64,000 nt of DNA from Paraspadella gotoi (Eukaryota > Animalia > Chaetognatha): positions 16,652,470 to 16,716,469 of the forward strand of contig CM119271.1 in assembly GCA_051294375.1 (NCBI GenBank). Direction: 5' to 3'. The notes beneath the pieces are model-generated. The model ran no database searches and was not told where the DNA came from. It saw only the letters and a program-made list of their open reading frames with translations. Both the position numbers and the translations under genes were made by a program. This document shows, piece after piece, positions 48,382 through 60,700 of the stretch; position 1 is the first letter of the stretch; each line of letters begins with the position of its first letter.

Positions 48382-51300
48382 AAATTGGTGCGCTGATCAA
48401 TTGAAAATTAATTTTAATCAATTTGTTTGTAATTGGTGTAACCAATATAAAAATTATCCATTCATTTAATAAATAAGTTATCTTGCACCTGACTTTGGAC
48501 AAGCTTTGGTTTAATAAGTCTTTGCGGCATTGCATGCCGATTCATCCCTTTCAATCAAAGCTTGACAATGATTTCCCAAACTTCCCTCAGGTTCCGGACT
48601 CCTCATGGAACGCACGGCGGCCTCTTACGATCTTTGTTGTGGACACGGACTCAATGACACGCTCGTTAAAGACGAAATCCAGCTGTTGGCGAGCAACACC
48701 AACCTTACGGATCCGATTCTGTTGAATTCATCCAAATGGCAGACTTATGCCAAAATCAGTGATCTTTGCGCATTTGACAAAGGAAAGCAACAGTGCGGCG
48801 ATTGCACCGACACGGTGGGTCTTTGATCAATAAGGTGAAAAGAATGTTTCAAATTAAAATTTAGAATTTATATCTCGATAATTATAATCTATATTTATTC
48901 TTTCTTTATTCTTTTTTTGGTTTTTAGCGTTTTTAGCAATTTTAAAAATTAATATTTATTATTTTATAAAAATATTTTATTTACTCTAGTATTTTCATTA
49001 GCTTTTTTAAACATTGTGATTTGAAAATTGTAATTACGACTCCACACCACAGTTTTTACCGGCGTAACGCATTAAGTTTTTCCTTCTCTCTTTTTTAGGT
49101 CATGCATCGGGCCCTTAACGAGATCGGCCCAATGAATTACTCAGGCTTCCTTCGGGCTGTTGACAATATGGACATTCGCGCGGAGAAACGGACTGTCCCT
49201 CATTTGTCAAGAACGTGAGTCGTTTACTCGTGACTCGTTGCGATAATAAGCGTTTTTTATTTGAATTGAATAATATCTTTTTTAGAAAACTAGGACAGTA
49301 ATTTTTAACCTTGTGTTGTATGGATGCACCTGTTTCCAGAAGACGATTCAAACATCCCTCTCCCATTACATTATTAATTATTAAATAGATAAAATCGTAA
49401 TTAAATTTAATAACTATGTGAAATATGTTACTTTATATATTTTATATTTTAAATTTAGAGAAGTAATCTTGCCATTTTTCATAAAGTAAAAACCAGGAAA
49501 TGTCAAATATTCTGATTGAGTTTAGTGAAAAAACAAAATGAAGCAAATCTGTCAGACTCCTCTTTTCCATTTATATTCCCTTTATAACTGTCCCAAGGTT
49601 CTCTTGGCCTTTGAGATATTCACATTCCAATTTTACGTCAGCAATTACATAACATTTAATAACTTTGTATTTTGATGCAAGTGCCGAGTACATTACATTA
49701 TTACGCCAATCAATACTTGAGGGAGTTTTCCTTGAAATATTATATCATTTCATTGATAGGGAAGCCAGGCATTCAGAGAGTGAATAAACGAGACTGTGAG
49801 AGAGTCTTGATTGAAAGCTTGCAGGGACCTAGGACCTGCTATTTCATAATCTTGTAAGAGTGATGGAGGTCTTAAATCCCAAGTGAGAGGCAAGATAGCT
49901 TTATTATTAAATGAATGCATAATTCGTATATTGATTGAAGCAATTTCATACCACGGTTCACACTGAACTATCTCTCACCCCAAATCACAAATCACAGCTT
50001 CACTCGCTTATCTTGCCTGGTCCCCGAAGAGATGTGGTTCGCCCTAATGACTTCTTACGAGGGTCTGGGTGACTTCTTTTCGGTTCTTAGTCTCATCGGG
50101 ATCATTCTTTACTTCGTGACTTCTTCAGACTCCGGATCGCTAGTCATAGATTGTCTCTCGGCCAATGGGGATCCAGAACCTCCGATTTTGCAGGTTGATT
50201 AAGGGGAAATTGGGGTTTTTTTTTGGCCTTATTTTCCTAAAACACCCCATTTAATCTTAAATTTGGAATTTTTTAAATTTTTTGGGTTAAATATTGACTT
50301 GAAATTTTTTATGTGGGTAGGAAAGTATGTGATTAAGCTGGAAATCAAGTTTCGATGGAATCGTCTGGGTGGAAATGAGTTTATATGCGAAAAAAACAAA
50401 AAACCTGTTTCACTAATTGATTATGCTTCTATTTCTTTTTATATGAAATATAAATACAAGATGTATTAATTAATCAATAATTAATCAGTTATGGTGGACA
50501 AAAAATCCACCAACCGTTCATCAGCGGCCATTGGTGCTGGAGGGGTTCTAGCCCGGTGGTCGCAAGCAGTTAAGAGGGACGGGGCGCTTAACCTGCCTGT
50601 TACATGGTGTTACAGCCTGATCCAAAGCTCAGGGACTGCTTATATTGAACAGTTCTGTCACTAACACATAACAATCATTATTGTCTCTTCACAGTTAATT
50701 AATCAATTAGTCAATTTAATTAATCAATAATTAATTAATCAGTCAATTAATCAATTATTTATTTATTTATTCAATCAATCAATTTATTTATCTATAAATT
50801 AGTTATTCAATCAATTTATTTATCTCTTAATTAATTATTCAATCAATCAATCGTTATCGGAATTATTGTCGTCGTCGTCATTGCCTTTGTAGTGGTTCTT
50901 GACAAAAAGACCTAAAAACAAACATTTCAGATCAAATTAATTAATTAATTAATTACCGCTAATGATCGTGGGCAGATCCGACATTGTTTGCTCAAACTTG
51001 TTAAAAGAAAGATCCACCATCAACTCCCTTCTTCTTCTTACCCTTCCCCGGCCAATCCCCGGCCAATCCCCGACCAATCTCCCTCCCTTCCCCCGCCCCT
51101 CTTCCTCTCTTTGCAGCGCGTCTTCTGGGCTCTGACCGAAGGGGCTACCGCGACGGCGCTGTTGGTCGCTGGGGGCAAAGACGCCCTCGTCTCCTTGCAG
51201 ACCGTTTCCATCGTTATGGGTCTCCCCTACACCATCATTGTCTGCTTTCTCAATGTTTCTCTTTACAGACTGCTGCAGGTTTTATCGCTAAATGAGTCAT

Positions 51301-52144
51301 CTATGAATTAATCATTCGTTCAAATCTTTGGGCAATCAATCGTTTGATGAATTTGTTCATTTGGTCAACCAATCCATCAATCACCAAAGCAATCAATGGA
51401 TATATGAATTACCTATTCTATTAATCAATCAATTAATCAAACAATGAATCAATCTCTCAATCACATAATCTTTCAATCGATCGATCAATCAATCAATCAC
51501 CTGATTAATAAATAATTCAATTCATCAATCACCTAATCAATCAATCAATCCCCCGCTCCTTTCCAGCATGAGTTCATGGAGATCGATCTAATCAACGATC
51601 CCAAATTTCGTGTCTCTCTTCTCGATCCTTTTTTCTCTTGGAATCCCGTCATCACTCTCAAATTCTTCGCCAACATCTTCATCTCTCCCTGGACGGTGGG
51701 CGTGGCCGCAGCCAAGATGGGCGGCAGGAAAGTCTGGGTCTACCTGGCACCAATGGCCTTTGCGCTCTTGCTCTTCGTCGTATTGCATTTGTGCGACTTG
51801 GCTCTGCACGGACTCTGGGCTCTGGCCTGGATAGCCTACTTGGCTCACGCCGGTGAGGGGAAGGAGAGAAAGAGAGCGGGAGAGAGGGAGAGAGAGTGAG
51901 AGAGAGAAAAAGGGAGAGAGAGCGAGAGAAAGGGAGAGAGAGAGAAACAGACAAAGAGAGAGGTGAGAGAGAGCGAGAGAGAGGGAAAGAAGAGGAGAAA
52001 CAGACAAAGAGAGAGTGAGAGAGAGAGAGGAGAAAGGGAGAGAGCGAGAGAAAGGGAAAGAGAGAGAAAACAGACAAAAGAGAAGAGTGAGAGATAGAGA
52101 GAGATAGAGAGAGTTAGAAAGAGATAGATAGAGGAGAGAGATGA

Positions 52145-52176
<32 letters not shown>

Positions 52177-53232
52177 CAAAGAGAGACACAGATACGGACT
52201 GATCTAATCTAACAAATAAAGCGTAGCAAAAATATTAAAATCAAGTAGAATCAAAATTCGAATAGTAGATCACGAACAGGCTTGTACCTCTGAACATTTT
52301 GAAATAAAAAACAATTATTTATTTTTTATTTTTGCTTACATAGTACTCGCTATAAAAAATATCAAAATTTTAATTTTTTTTTCTCATTTTTAAAAGCAGA
52401 TTCGAATTCCTCACGAAAAGTTTATAAAAAGAAATATAACTCTTTTTAGAAAATTATTTCATTAAGTGGGTCAAAATCCTTAAAAACTATTATTATTAAC
52501 CTATAATTAAATTTTAGTATAAAAAATATAGTTTTTTTGAATTTTTGGCTAACTTAATGAAAATTTTTTTGATTAAGACTTATATTTTATTTAATCAACT
52601 TTTTATGAGGAATTGGAATCTGTTTTCAAAACTAAGAAAACATTATTTTACAATTTTGACATTTTCTATGGTGAGTACTATGTATAAATATGGGCGTATA
52701 CGAAAATTGAGAAATTTATAAAAACAATTTTATAAGTCAATGTTCTTTAGTTCAATGTTCATGATTAACTATTTAAATTTTGATCTGCTACTTTCACTAC
52801 GCCTTACTAACGAAGGAAAAGAGAGATCGATAAAAAAAAACATTTTTCTCATCCCCGTTTTCTTTACTCCTCCCATCATCCGCCTCCCCACTCAAACTTT
52901 CTTCCCCCAACCGCCCTCCACCTCCACCACCCCTCTTGCACTTCTTGCACCACCCCCTCTACCACCCCCCAAAAGCCATCGTGACCACCTTCCGCTCCGA
53001 GGCTCGACATCGGCTCAACATCAATGGAAATCCCGTCGAGGATTTCTTCGCCAGCCTCGTCTTTTATCCCGGCGTCGCTGTGCAGCTCGAAGCCGCCGCC
53101 GACGACATTCTCCGGCTGCCGGAGAATACACCGGCGTCGCCGCCGGCGACCTCCTTTCGGCGACCACCGGCGGAGAATGGGAAGAGAACGGATTCGCCGG
53201 CCAAAATCAACCCAGCCTACGAAGAGGCTTGA
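35656..53232 (+). CDS. BCCT-family transporter, tandem copy 2; 16 exons, ~852 aa (four 1-nt indels in exons 8-9, probably sequencing errors)
   Basis: Exons: 35656-35703, 36888-37003, 39341-39443, 40125-40236, 41485-41651, 41740-41886 (GC donor), 42333-42485, 46532-46719, 47206-47381, 48228-48335, 48591-48814, 49099-49214, 49998-50193, 51117-51278, 51567-51852, 52976-53232. Intron phases are the same as copy 1. Motifs: [81 protein letters not shown]. No in-frame stops once the indels are corrected. Confidence 0.88.
36492..36852 (-). mobile_element. MITE with (TTAGGA/TTAGAG)-type core
   Basis: GGCCTTTATTTCC...GGAAAATAG ends; inverted relative to the 11222 copy. Confidence 0.5.
37125..39260 (-). 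mobile_element. DINE-1/HINE-like element with multiple core repeats and a nested hAT MITE
   Basis: Both termini present; (GGAC/AGAC)n at 38390-38495; core block repeated about five times. Confidence 0.8.
38610..39220 (+). mobile_element. hAT-type MITE
   Basis: TIR TAAGGCGTAGT/ACTACGCCTTA; perfect 8-bp TSD TTATAGAG (38602-38609 / 39221-39228). Confidence 0.85.
39657..40121. repeat. 21-bp minisatellite (ATCTCCTCTCCATCATTTTCT), ~22 units, intron 3 of copy 2
   Basis: Tandem units seen directly; the array ends at the splice acceptor. Confidence 0.95.
40507..41308 (+). mobile_element. DINE-1/HINE-like element, full length
   Basis: Same termini, GTCY microsatellite and core blocks as 34918-35421. 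Confidence 0.8.
42725..43240 (+). mobile_element. Noisy copy of the 38610 hAT MITE
   Basis: Colinear with 38640-39130, with scattered extra bases. Confidence 0.7.
45951..46313. mobile_element. MITE-like element
   Basis: 14-bp TIR CAGTATCATTAATT/AATTAATGATACTG; AT-rich interior resembling the hAT MITE body; no clear TSD. Confidence 0.55.
50265..51002 (+). mobile_element. 5'-truncated DINE-1/HINE-like element
   Basis: 3' end GCAGATCCGACATTGTTTGCTCAAACTTGTT; core block; hosts a solo LTR. Confidence 0.75.
50490..50691 (+). mobile_element. Solo LTR of the tRNA-containing TRIM
   Basis: Same sequence as the 28644 LTR (TATGGTGGAC...TCTCTTCA) with an internal deletion; 4-bp TSD CAGT at 50486-50489 / 50692-50695. 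Confidence 0.85.
52217..52806 (-). mobile_element. hAT-type MITE (same TIR family)
   Basis: TAAAGCGTAG...CTACGCCTTA; 8-bp TSD CTAACAAA/CTAACGAA. Confidence 0.8.
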
Positions 53233-53753
53233 AAAGAAGAAGACGGCGCTGTTTTCTCTAAGCGTTCCGTTTCGGTTTTTAAAGTCCATGGACTTGGTTT
53301 TAACCATAATACAGTAATCAAAAATTTCAAATCAAGAGTCAAAACATATATATTTTTTTAACAAAAAACTTTTTCTCTCTAAACCTAAGAATTTAACCCC
53401 GATCTAATATTAAATACTTATCACAATCGATCCTTAACCAAAAAACTTAAAAACCTATAAATTTTACCAAATTCTTACCAAATTCTAACTTTATTCCCTA
53501 ACCTAACTCTTATTCCTGACCCATAATCTAATCCTTAAACGAAATCAGTTTTTAGTTGGGCCAAGAGTATTCGCGGAGCAACTTTATAAATAATTTTTTG
53601 GACCCTGTTTTGTTCAGTATGTCTGTCTGTCGGTCTGTCCCACTTACATTAAAGATGGTTGCTCATTTATTAAGATAAATACTAGCACGATTTTTGTTTT
53701 TTAAAGAAATCTGATATAAACTATAAAAAATAAAATATGTTATTCTTATGCAA

Positions 53754-54269
53754 TAAAGAGTAGTAAAAATATTAAAATCAAGTTGAATCAAAATTTGAAT
53801 AGTAGATCATGAACAAGCTTGTACCTGTGAACATTTTTAAATAAAAAAAATTTATTTTTTATTTTTAAATTTTTGTATATATCTATATTTCTACATAATA
53901 TTCACCATAAAAAATATTAAAATTTTAAAATGGATTTTTCTTATTTTTAAAAGCAGATTCGAATTCCTTACGAAAAGTTAATATAATAAAATATAACTCT
54001 TTTTAGAAAATTATTTCATTAAGTTGGTCAAAATCCTAAAAAACTATTATAGTTAACTTATAATTTAATATTAATATAATTTTTTTTAAATTTTTAGTTA
54101 ATTTAATAAAAGAATTTTGATTTTTTATGGTAAGTACTATGTATAAATATGGGCGTATGCAAAAATTGAAAAACTAAAAAAAAATTTTTTTATATATCAA
54201 TGGTTTAAAGTATAAGACTGTTCATGGACAATTATTCAAATTTTGATCTGCAACTTTCACTACGCCTTA
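53754..54269 (-). mobile_element. hAT-type MITE (same family)
   Basis: Highly similar to 52217-52806; ends TAAAGAGTAG...CTACGCCTTA. Confidence 0.75.
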
Positions 54270-56918
54270 CTANNNNNNNNNNNNNNNNNNNNNNNNNTGC
54301 AGTATAATGTTGAAAATATACTGAAATATAAGGGGATAACAAAATCACTGCGCCCGTACCACATGTGAATTTCCTTATTGTTTAATTCTGAATTTAAGCT
54401 GAAATGGGCCAATTTTGGAAAATATAGCGGAGGAGAAAGATTCTCAAAATAGACGCGCTTTTACATTCCATCATTATTTTTTTTTGACAATTAAAATTAA
54501 ACAACTTTACACTTTTACAGATAAAAATATTTTATTTCCAAATGGAAAAAAATTGTAATCTTTTTTTCCAAGGTGATATTTTTTCTAGTTATCCTACTTT
54601 CAATTGTTATCTCCAAAAAATTTTTCAAAAAATTATAATATATACAATAACTTATTAATTTTTAAGTGTCATGAGAAATGCTTACGTTTTTTTGTGACAG
54701 CTTTAATGGTGGATTGCCTTATGGGCATTTTAATTAATGAAAACACCTAATTTTTCCACAATAAAGACACTTGAAAATATGCCATTAACTATGAAACTAT
54801 GATTGGATGCTCGATTAATTGGTTGCGCAATTCGATATTCCTGGTATTTTTGTCTGCACTAATTGTTGTGTGTAATCGAGAAATTATCTGATGTAGTGTT
54901 TGGAATTTTTTTTTGTAAACAAAGGCATTAACTTTTATATACATTGTATGTTTTTTTCTGACTATATTTTTTATTTTTATTGTAACCCCCTGAAATTGGG
55001 CGAAATGATCTTCGTGCCCCCCTTGCCGTCTGACAGAGCAGCGAAATCTCTCTCGCGCTCTCTCTCTCTCTCTCTCTCAGAGTCAGGATTGGGATCGACA
55101 AAAAACAATGAAAGATGAGTAATTGTTTAGGGTTTCGGTTAGGGATAAGGTTAGCTTTGGGGATAGATATTAGGGTTAGGGATTAGGGTTAGGGATAAGG
55201 TTAGGACTAAGGTTGTCTTTCCCTACGTAACTTTACAACAAAAAAATTCTGGCTTGCTGGGTGACTCATCAGTCAGGATCGAGATCGACAAAAACGATAA
55301 CGATAATTTGAACGATGGAGGAAGCAGTTGCGACGGTGAGAGCGACGAGGAAAGTAGTGACGCATAAAAGCGACGATGGAAGCAGCAAAAGAGATAAGTT
55401 TTGTGCGCGGTGTTTAGCTGCTGCTTCAGGAGCCGCAGCAAGTGCCTCCGACTTAATCAACACTTGCATTGCTTTACACAAAATAGCAAATTTTTACATG
55501 TTTTAAGCCCTAATAAACCAGAGGGCGGTGCAAAACATAAGAGCATTTTTAAAAAATCAAAATAGCAATAAAATTTATTTAAAGTATATCCACCAGAGGT
55601 TTTTTATCTTTTTTTCTGAAAACAAAAGACAAATGGACATTCAAAATAAACTTAATCTGCACCCACCAGATCTTCACTTGCACCTGCTTTTCAACGAAAT
55701 AGCTAATTTTTTTTCCAAATTTTTATTATTTTAAATCTTTTATAATAATGTTATTGAGTAAACCTTGTTGATGTTAAATGCTTGATGAAAAACTCTAAGA
55801 TAAGAGTCGAAACATGTCCAACTACAAATTGTTATAATTCGTTATTAAAACTCCAAAAACTGTATTCTTTAAATCTTTTTAAAAAAAATTTTTGCATATT
55901 TTTTTTCTTATTCTATTTTAATTTATTATATTTCTTATTCTATGAGCAAATGTTATTAGTTCCGAAGTAACAGTTCAGTTTAAGCCCTTGAAATAATTTA
56001 CATGTATTGGCGCAGTCACTGGTGTACTTTACATTTAAAAAAAAATACTGTCATAAACATTCGTGTTTTATTACGCCTTTGTTTTTGTCGTCATCATATC
56101 AGTAATTTCCTTCCTTGCTTTGTTTTTCTCTTAAATTTGTCCTTGTCCACTCCTGCTTCAACATTGTCATCTTAATTCTGTCATCTTCCTTTTGTCTCTT
56201 CATTCTGTCATCTTTCCTTCCTTCGTTAATAAAATCTTCCCCTTGCTTTCCGATACTCGCTTCTCCACTTTCCAGTCACTTCCAGTCACTTCCAGGAATC
56301 AGTCACCATGATTTCCAAACGTTCCTGATATTTATTTATGTATTTTTATCAATGTGTGAAGAGACGAATAATTGTTATTGAGTTAAGTACAATATAAGCA
56401 TCCCTGAGCTTCGGATCAGGCAGAACCACAAGGCATGTTAAGCGCCCCGCTCCCTCTCTTAACTGCTAGCGGCTCCACCGGCGAGAACCCCGTACCTTTG
56501 CTTTGGGAGGCGGTCCTGACCTGCCTCCTGCACGAATGGCTCCTGATGATTCTTGAAGTTGATTATCAGCTTCGCACCTATGATTTTTGGTGTGAGACGA
56601 GAATGAAAGATTCATTACACAGAAGTTTCAGTCTTTCAGTGCGGAATGCACCGGGTTGGTTTGACAATGGGAGCTTGTTTTCTTGAGCATAGTTAACTTA
56701 ATGAGCCAGTTTGTCAGAGCCGTTTCAGAGTGTGCAAAGCAGCGCCAAAAGCGTTTCTGAGCAGTGCTGGGCAATGTTCTTAAGTCAATTACAAGAGCAG
56801 GACGTAGCCGGCAGTACCAAAGTCGTGTAGGAGCAGAGCTGGACCAAACTGGAGCAGTGAGTTAGTGCGGCAGCAGTACGAAGTTGTGCTGGAGCAGAGC
56901 TGGAGCTGAGCAGCTCTT

Positions 56919-56984
<66 letters not shown>

Positions 56985-57111
56985 CCCTCTCTCTCTCTCT
57001 TCATCTGTCTTGTCTTGCTTCCGCTCCGTCAGGTTTTCATCGTTTTCAATAGTTAATATCATGATCAAAATACACTGACAACGGGAGGGGTCAGGGAAAT
57101 GAGACAGGAGG

Positions 57112-57201
<90 letters not shown>

Positions 57202-57533
57202 GCTCCAGCTCCAGCTCTGCTCCCACACAACTTCGGTACTGCTCGCCACTACTCAACTGCCAGCTTGGTCCAGCTCTGCTCCCACACTACTTTGGTACTG
57301 CTCCGTCACTGCTCTGTAATTACTTAGACATTGCTCCAGCACTGCTCCAGAAACGCTTTTGGCGCTGCTCTTGCAACCTCTGAACCGGCTCTGACAAACC
57401 TGGCTCATTAAGTTAACCTGTGCTCCAAGAAAACAAGCTCCCATGCTCAAACCCAACCCGGTGCATTCCCACTGAAAGACTGAAAACTTCTGTTTAATAA
57501 ATCCTTTCATCTTCTCACACCAAAAATCACAAT

Positions 57534-57748
57534 AATGGTGGACTGATATCAACTTACAAATCATCAGGAGCCATTCGTGCAGGAGGCAGGTCAGTCGCCT
57601 CCCAACGCAAAGGTACGGGGTTCTCGCCCGGTGGACGGCCTAGCAGTTAAGAGGGACGGGCGCTTAACATGCCTGTGTTACAGCCTGATCCGAAGCTCAG
57701 GGAATGCTTATATTGTCACCTACTCATAACAATTATTCTGTCTCTTCA
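57534..57748 (+). mobile_element. Solo LTR of the tRNA-containing TRIM (mirrored at ~56355-56585 on -)
   Basis: Contains CCTAGCAGTTAAGAGGGACGGG and CAGCCTGATCCGAAGCTCAGGG blocks and the TCTCTTCA end shared with the other LTRs. Confidence 0.75.
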
Positions 57749-60700
57749 CAACATTGATAAAAATACATAAATAAATATCAGGAACGTCTTGGAAATCATG
57801 GTGACTGATTCCTGAGTGACTGGAAGTGACTGGAAGTGGAGAGCGAGTATGGTAAGCAGGAAGATTATAACGAAGGAAGGAAAGATGACAGAATGAAGAT
57901 GACAAAGGGAAGATGACAGAATTAAGATGACAATGTTGAAGCAGGAGTGGACAAGGACAAATTTAAGAGAAAAACAAAGCAAGGAAGGAATTACTGATAT
58001 GATGACGACAAAAACAAAAGGCGTAATAAAAAACACGAATGTTTATGACAGTATTTTTTTTTAAATGTAAAGTACACCAGTGACTGCGCCAATACATGTA
58101 AATTATTTTCAAGGGCTTAAACTGAACTGTTACTGCGGAACTAATAACATTTTGCTACATAGAATAAGAAATATAATAAATTAAAATAGAATAAGAAAAA
58201 AAATATGCAAAACTTTTTTTAAAAGATTTAAAGAATTAACAGTTTTTGGAGTTTAATAACGAATTTTATAACAATTTGTAGTTGGAATGTTTCGACTCTT
58301 ATCTTAGAGTTTTCATCAGATTTAACATCAACAAGGTTTACTCAATAACATTATTATAAAAGATTTAAAATAATAAAAATTTGGAAAAAAAATTGCTATT
58401 TCGTTGAAAAGCAGGGCAAGTGAAGATCTGGTGGGTGCAGATTAAGTTTATTTTGAATGTCCATTTGTCTTTTGTTTCAGAAAAAAAGATAAAAACCTCT
58501 GGTGGATATACTTTAAATAAATTTTTTGCTATTTTGTTTTTAAAAATGCTCTTATGTTTGCACCGCCCTCTGTTTTTAGGGCTAAAACATGTAAAAATTT
58601 GCTATTTTGTGTAAAGCAATGCAAGTGTTGATTTAGTGGGGGCACTTGCTGCGGCTCCTGAAGCAGCAGACTAAAACACGCGCACAAAACTTATCTCTTT
58701 TGCTGCTTCCATCGTCGCTTTATGCGTCACTACTTTCTCGTCGCTCTCACCGTCGCAACTGCTTCCTCCATCGTTCAAATTATCGTTATGTTTTTGTCGA
58801 TCTCGATCCTGAACGATGAGTCACCAGCAAGCCAGAATTTTTTTTGTTGTAAAAGTTACGTAGGGAAAGACAACCTTAGTCCCTAACCTTAATCCCTAAC
58901 CCTAATCCCTAACCCTAATATCTATCCCCAAAACTAACCTTATCCCTACCGAAACCCTAAACAATTACTCCATCTTTTCATTGTTTTTTGTCGATCCCAA
59001 TCCTGACTCTGAGAGAGAGAGATGAGAGAGAGCGCGAGAGAGATTCGCTGCTCTGTCAGACGGCAAGGGGGCAACGAAGATCATTTCGCCCAATTTCAGG
59101 GTTACAATAATATAAAAATATAAGTCAGAAAAAACAACAATGTATATAAAAGTTAATGCACTTTGTTTACAAAAAAAATTCCAAGACATTACATCTAGAT
59201 AATTTCTCGATTATCACACAACAATTAGTGCAGACAAAAAATACCAGGAATATCGAAGTGCGCAACAATTAATCGAGCATACCAATCATAGTTTCATAGT
59301 TAATGCATATTTTCAATGTCTTTATTGTGGAAAATTAGGTGTTTATTAATTAAAATGCCCATAAGGCAAAATCCACCATTAAAGCTGTCACAAAAAAACC
59401 GTAAGCATTTCTCATGACACTTAAAAATTAATAAGTTATTGTATATATTATAATTTTTTGAAAAATTTTTGGAGATAACAATTGAAAGTTAGGTTATAGA
59501 AAAAATATCAACCTTGGAAAAAAGATTACAATTTTTTTCCATTTGGAATATAAAATATTTTTATCTGTAAAAGTGTAAAAGTTGTTTAATTTTAATGTCA
59601 AAAAAAAATAATGATGGAATGTAAAAGCAGCGTCTATTTTGAGAATCTTTCTCCTCCGCTATATTTTCCAAAATTGGCCATTTCAGCTTAAATTCAGAAT
59701 TAAAACAATAACGGAAATTCACATGTCGTACGGCGCAGTGATTTTGTTATCCCTTATATTTCAGTATATTTTCAACATATACTGCATAGTAAGCGTAGTG
59801 AAAGTTGCAGATCAAATTTGAATATTGTCCATGAACAGTCTTATACTTTAACATACCTGATATAAAAAAAAATTTTTTTAGTTTCTCAATTTTGCATACT
59901 ACCCACATTTAAAAAATCTAAAAATTCTTTTATTAAATTAGCTAAAAATTTCAAAAAAAATTTTATATTAATATTAAATTATAAGTTAACTATAATAGTT
60001 TTTTAAGGATTTTGACACAACTTAATAAATAATTTTCTAAAGAGTTATATTTTTATATATTACACTTTTCGTAAGGAATTCGAATCTGCTTGTCTAACAA
60101 TAGAGAAAATCCAATCGTTAAATTTTTAACTATTTTTTATGTCGCGATATTACTGATAAACACTAGTACCGGAGATATATCCAGCAAAACTCTTAAAGAA
60201 CCTAGAACACAGAGTACAATTGTTTCTCATTTTATAAATGTTTACAGAGTACAGAGCTTTGATATGACAATGTATCTACTAGTTCGATATTTTTACGTTC
60301 AACTGTGATTCTCTAAATAATTATTGCCTTACCTCAATCTCTTTTTATTAGTATGAGTGTAGGTTATTAGCAAGTAAAACTACTGGACGTACTTTTTATA
60401 TATTTCTTATCCGTGTGAATTATATCAGTTATCTGCTCTTTTATTAAAATATACACTTCACTAGCATCGTGCTGGCCTAATATTGATCTCTCGATAAATG
60501 AGTCGCGAGAAACTCCAGTCCCTTGTATTCAAGTGTTGCGGATCGAGGATGACCGAGCACAGAGTCATAGTGAACCTCATAAACGGTATACCATCAATAA
60601 CGAAGAGTGACTCCTTTATATAAGTTGCATCTCTCACTGCCTCGCAGACATACTTTTGACTCTCTAAGCGTGAAAACATAGATGTGTCGTAATTAAGGGA

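Noticed and set aside
13740-53232. Bacterial contamination as the source of the BCCT genes
   Set aside because: Each gene has fifteen spliceosomal introns and is interleaved with host repeats.
55125-55215. TTAGGG-like run suggesting a chromosome end
   Set aside because: Short, degenerate and interstitial; similar to MITE cores elsewhere in the window.
57001-57110. SMRTbell adapter remnant at the palindrome apex
   Set aside because: Only a loose resemblance (ACAACGGGAGGGG..GGAAATGAGA); too degenerate to claim by eye.
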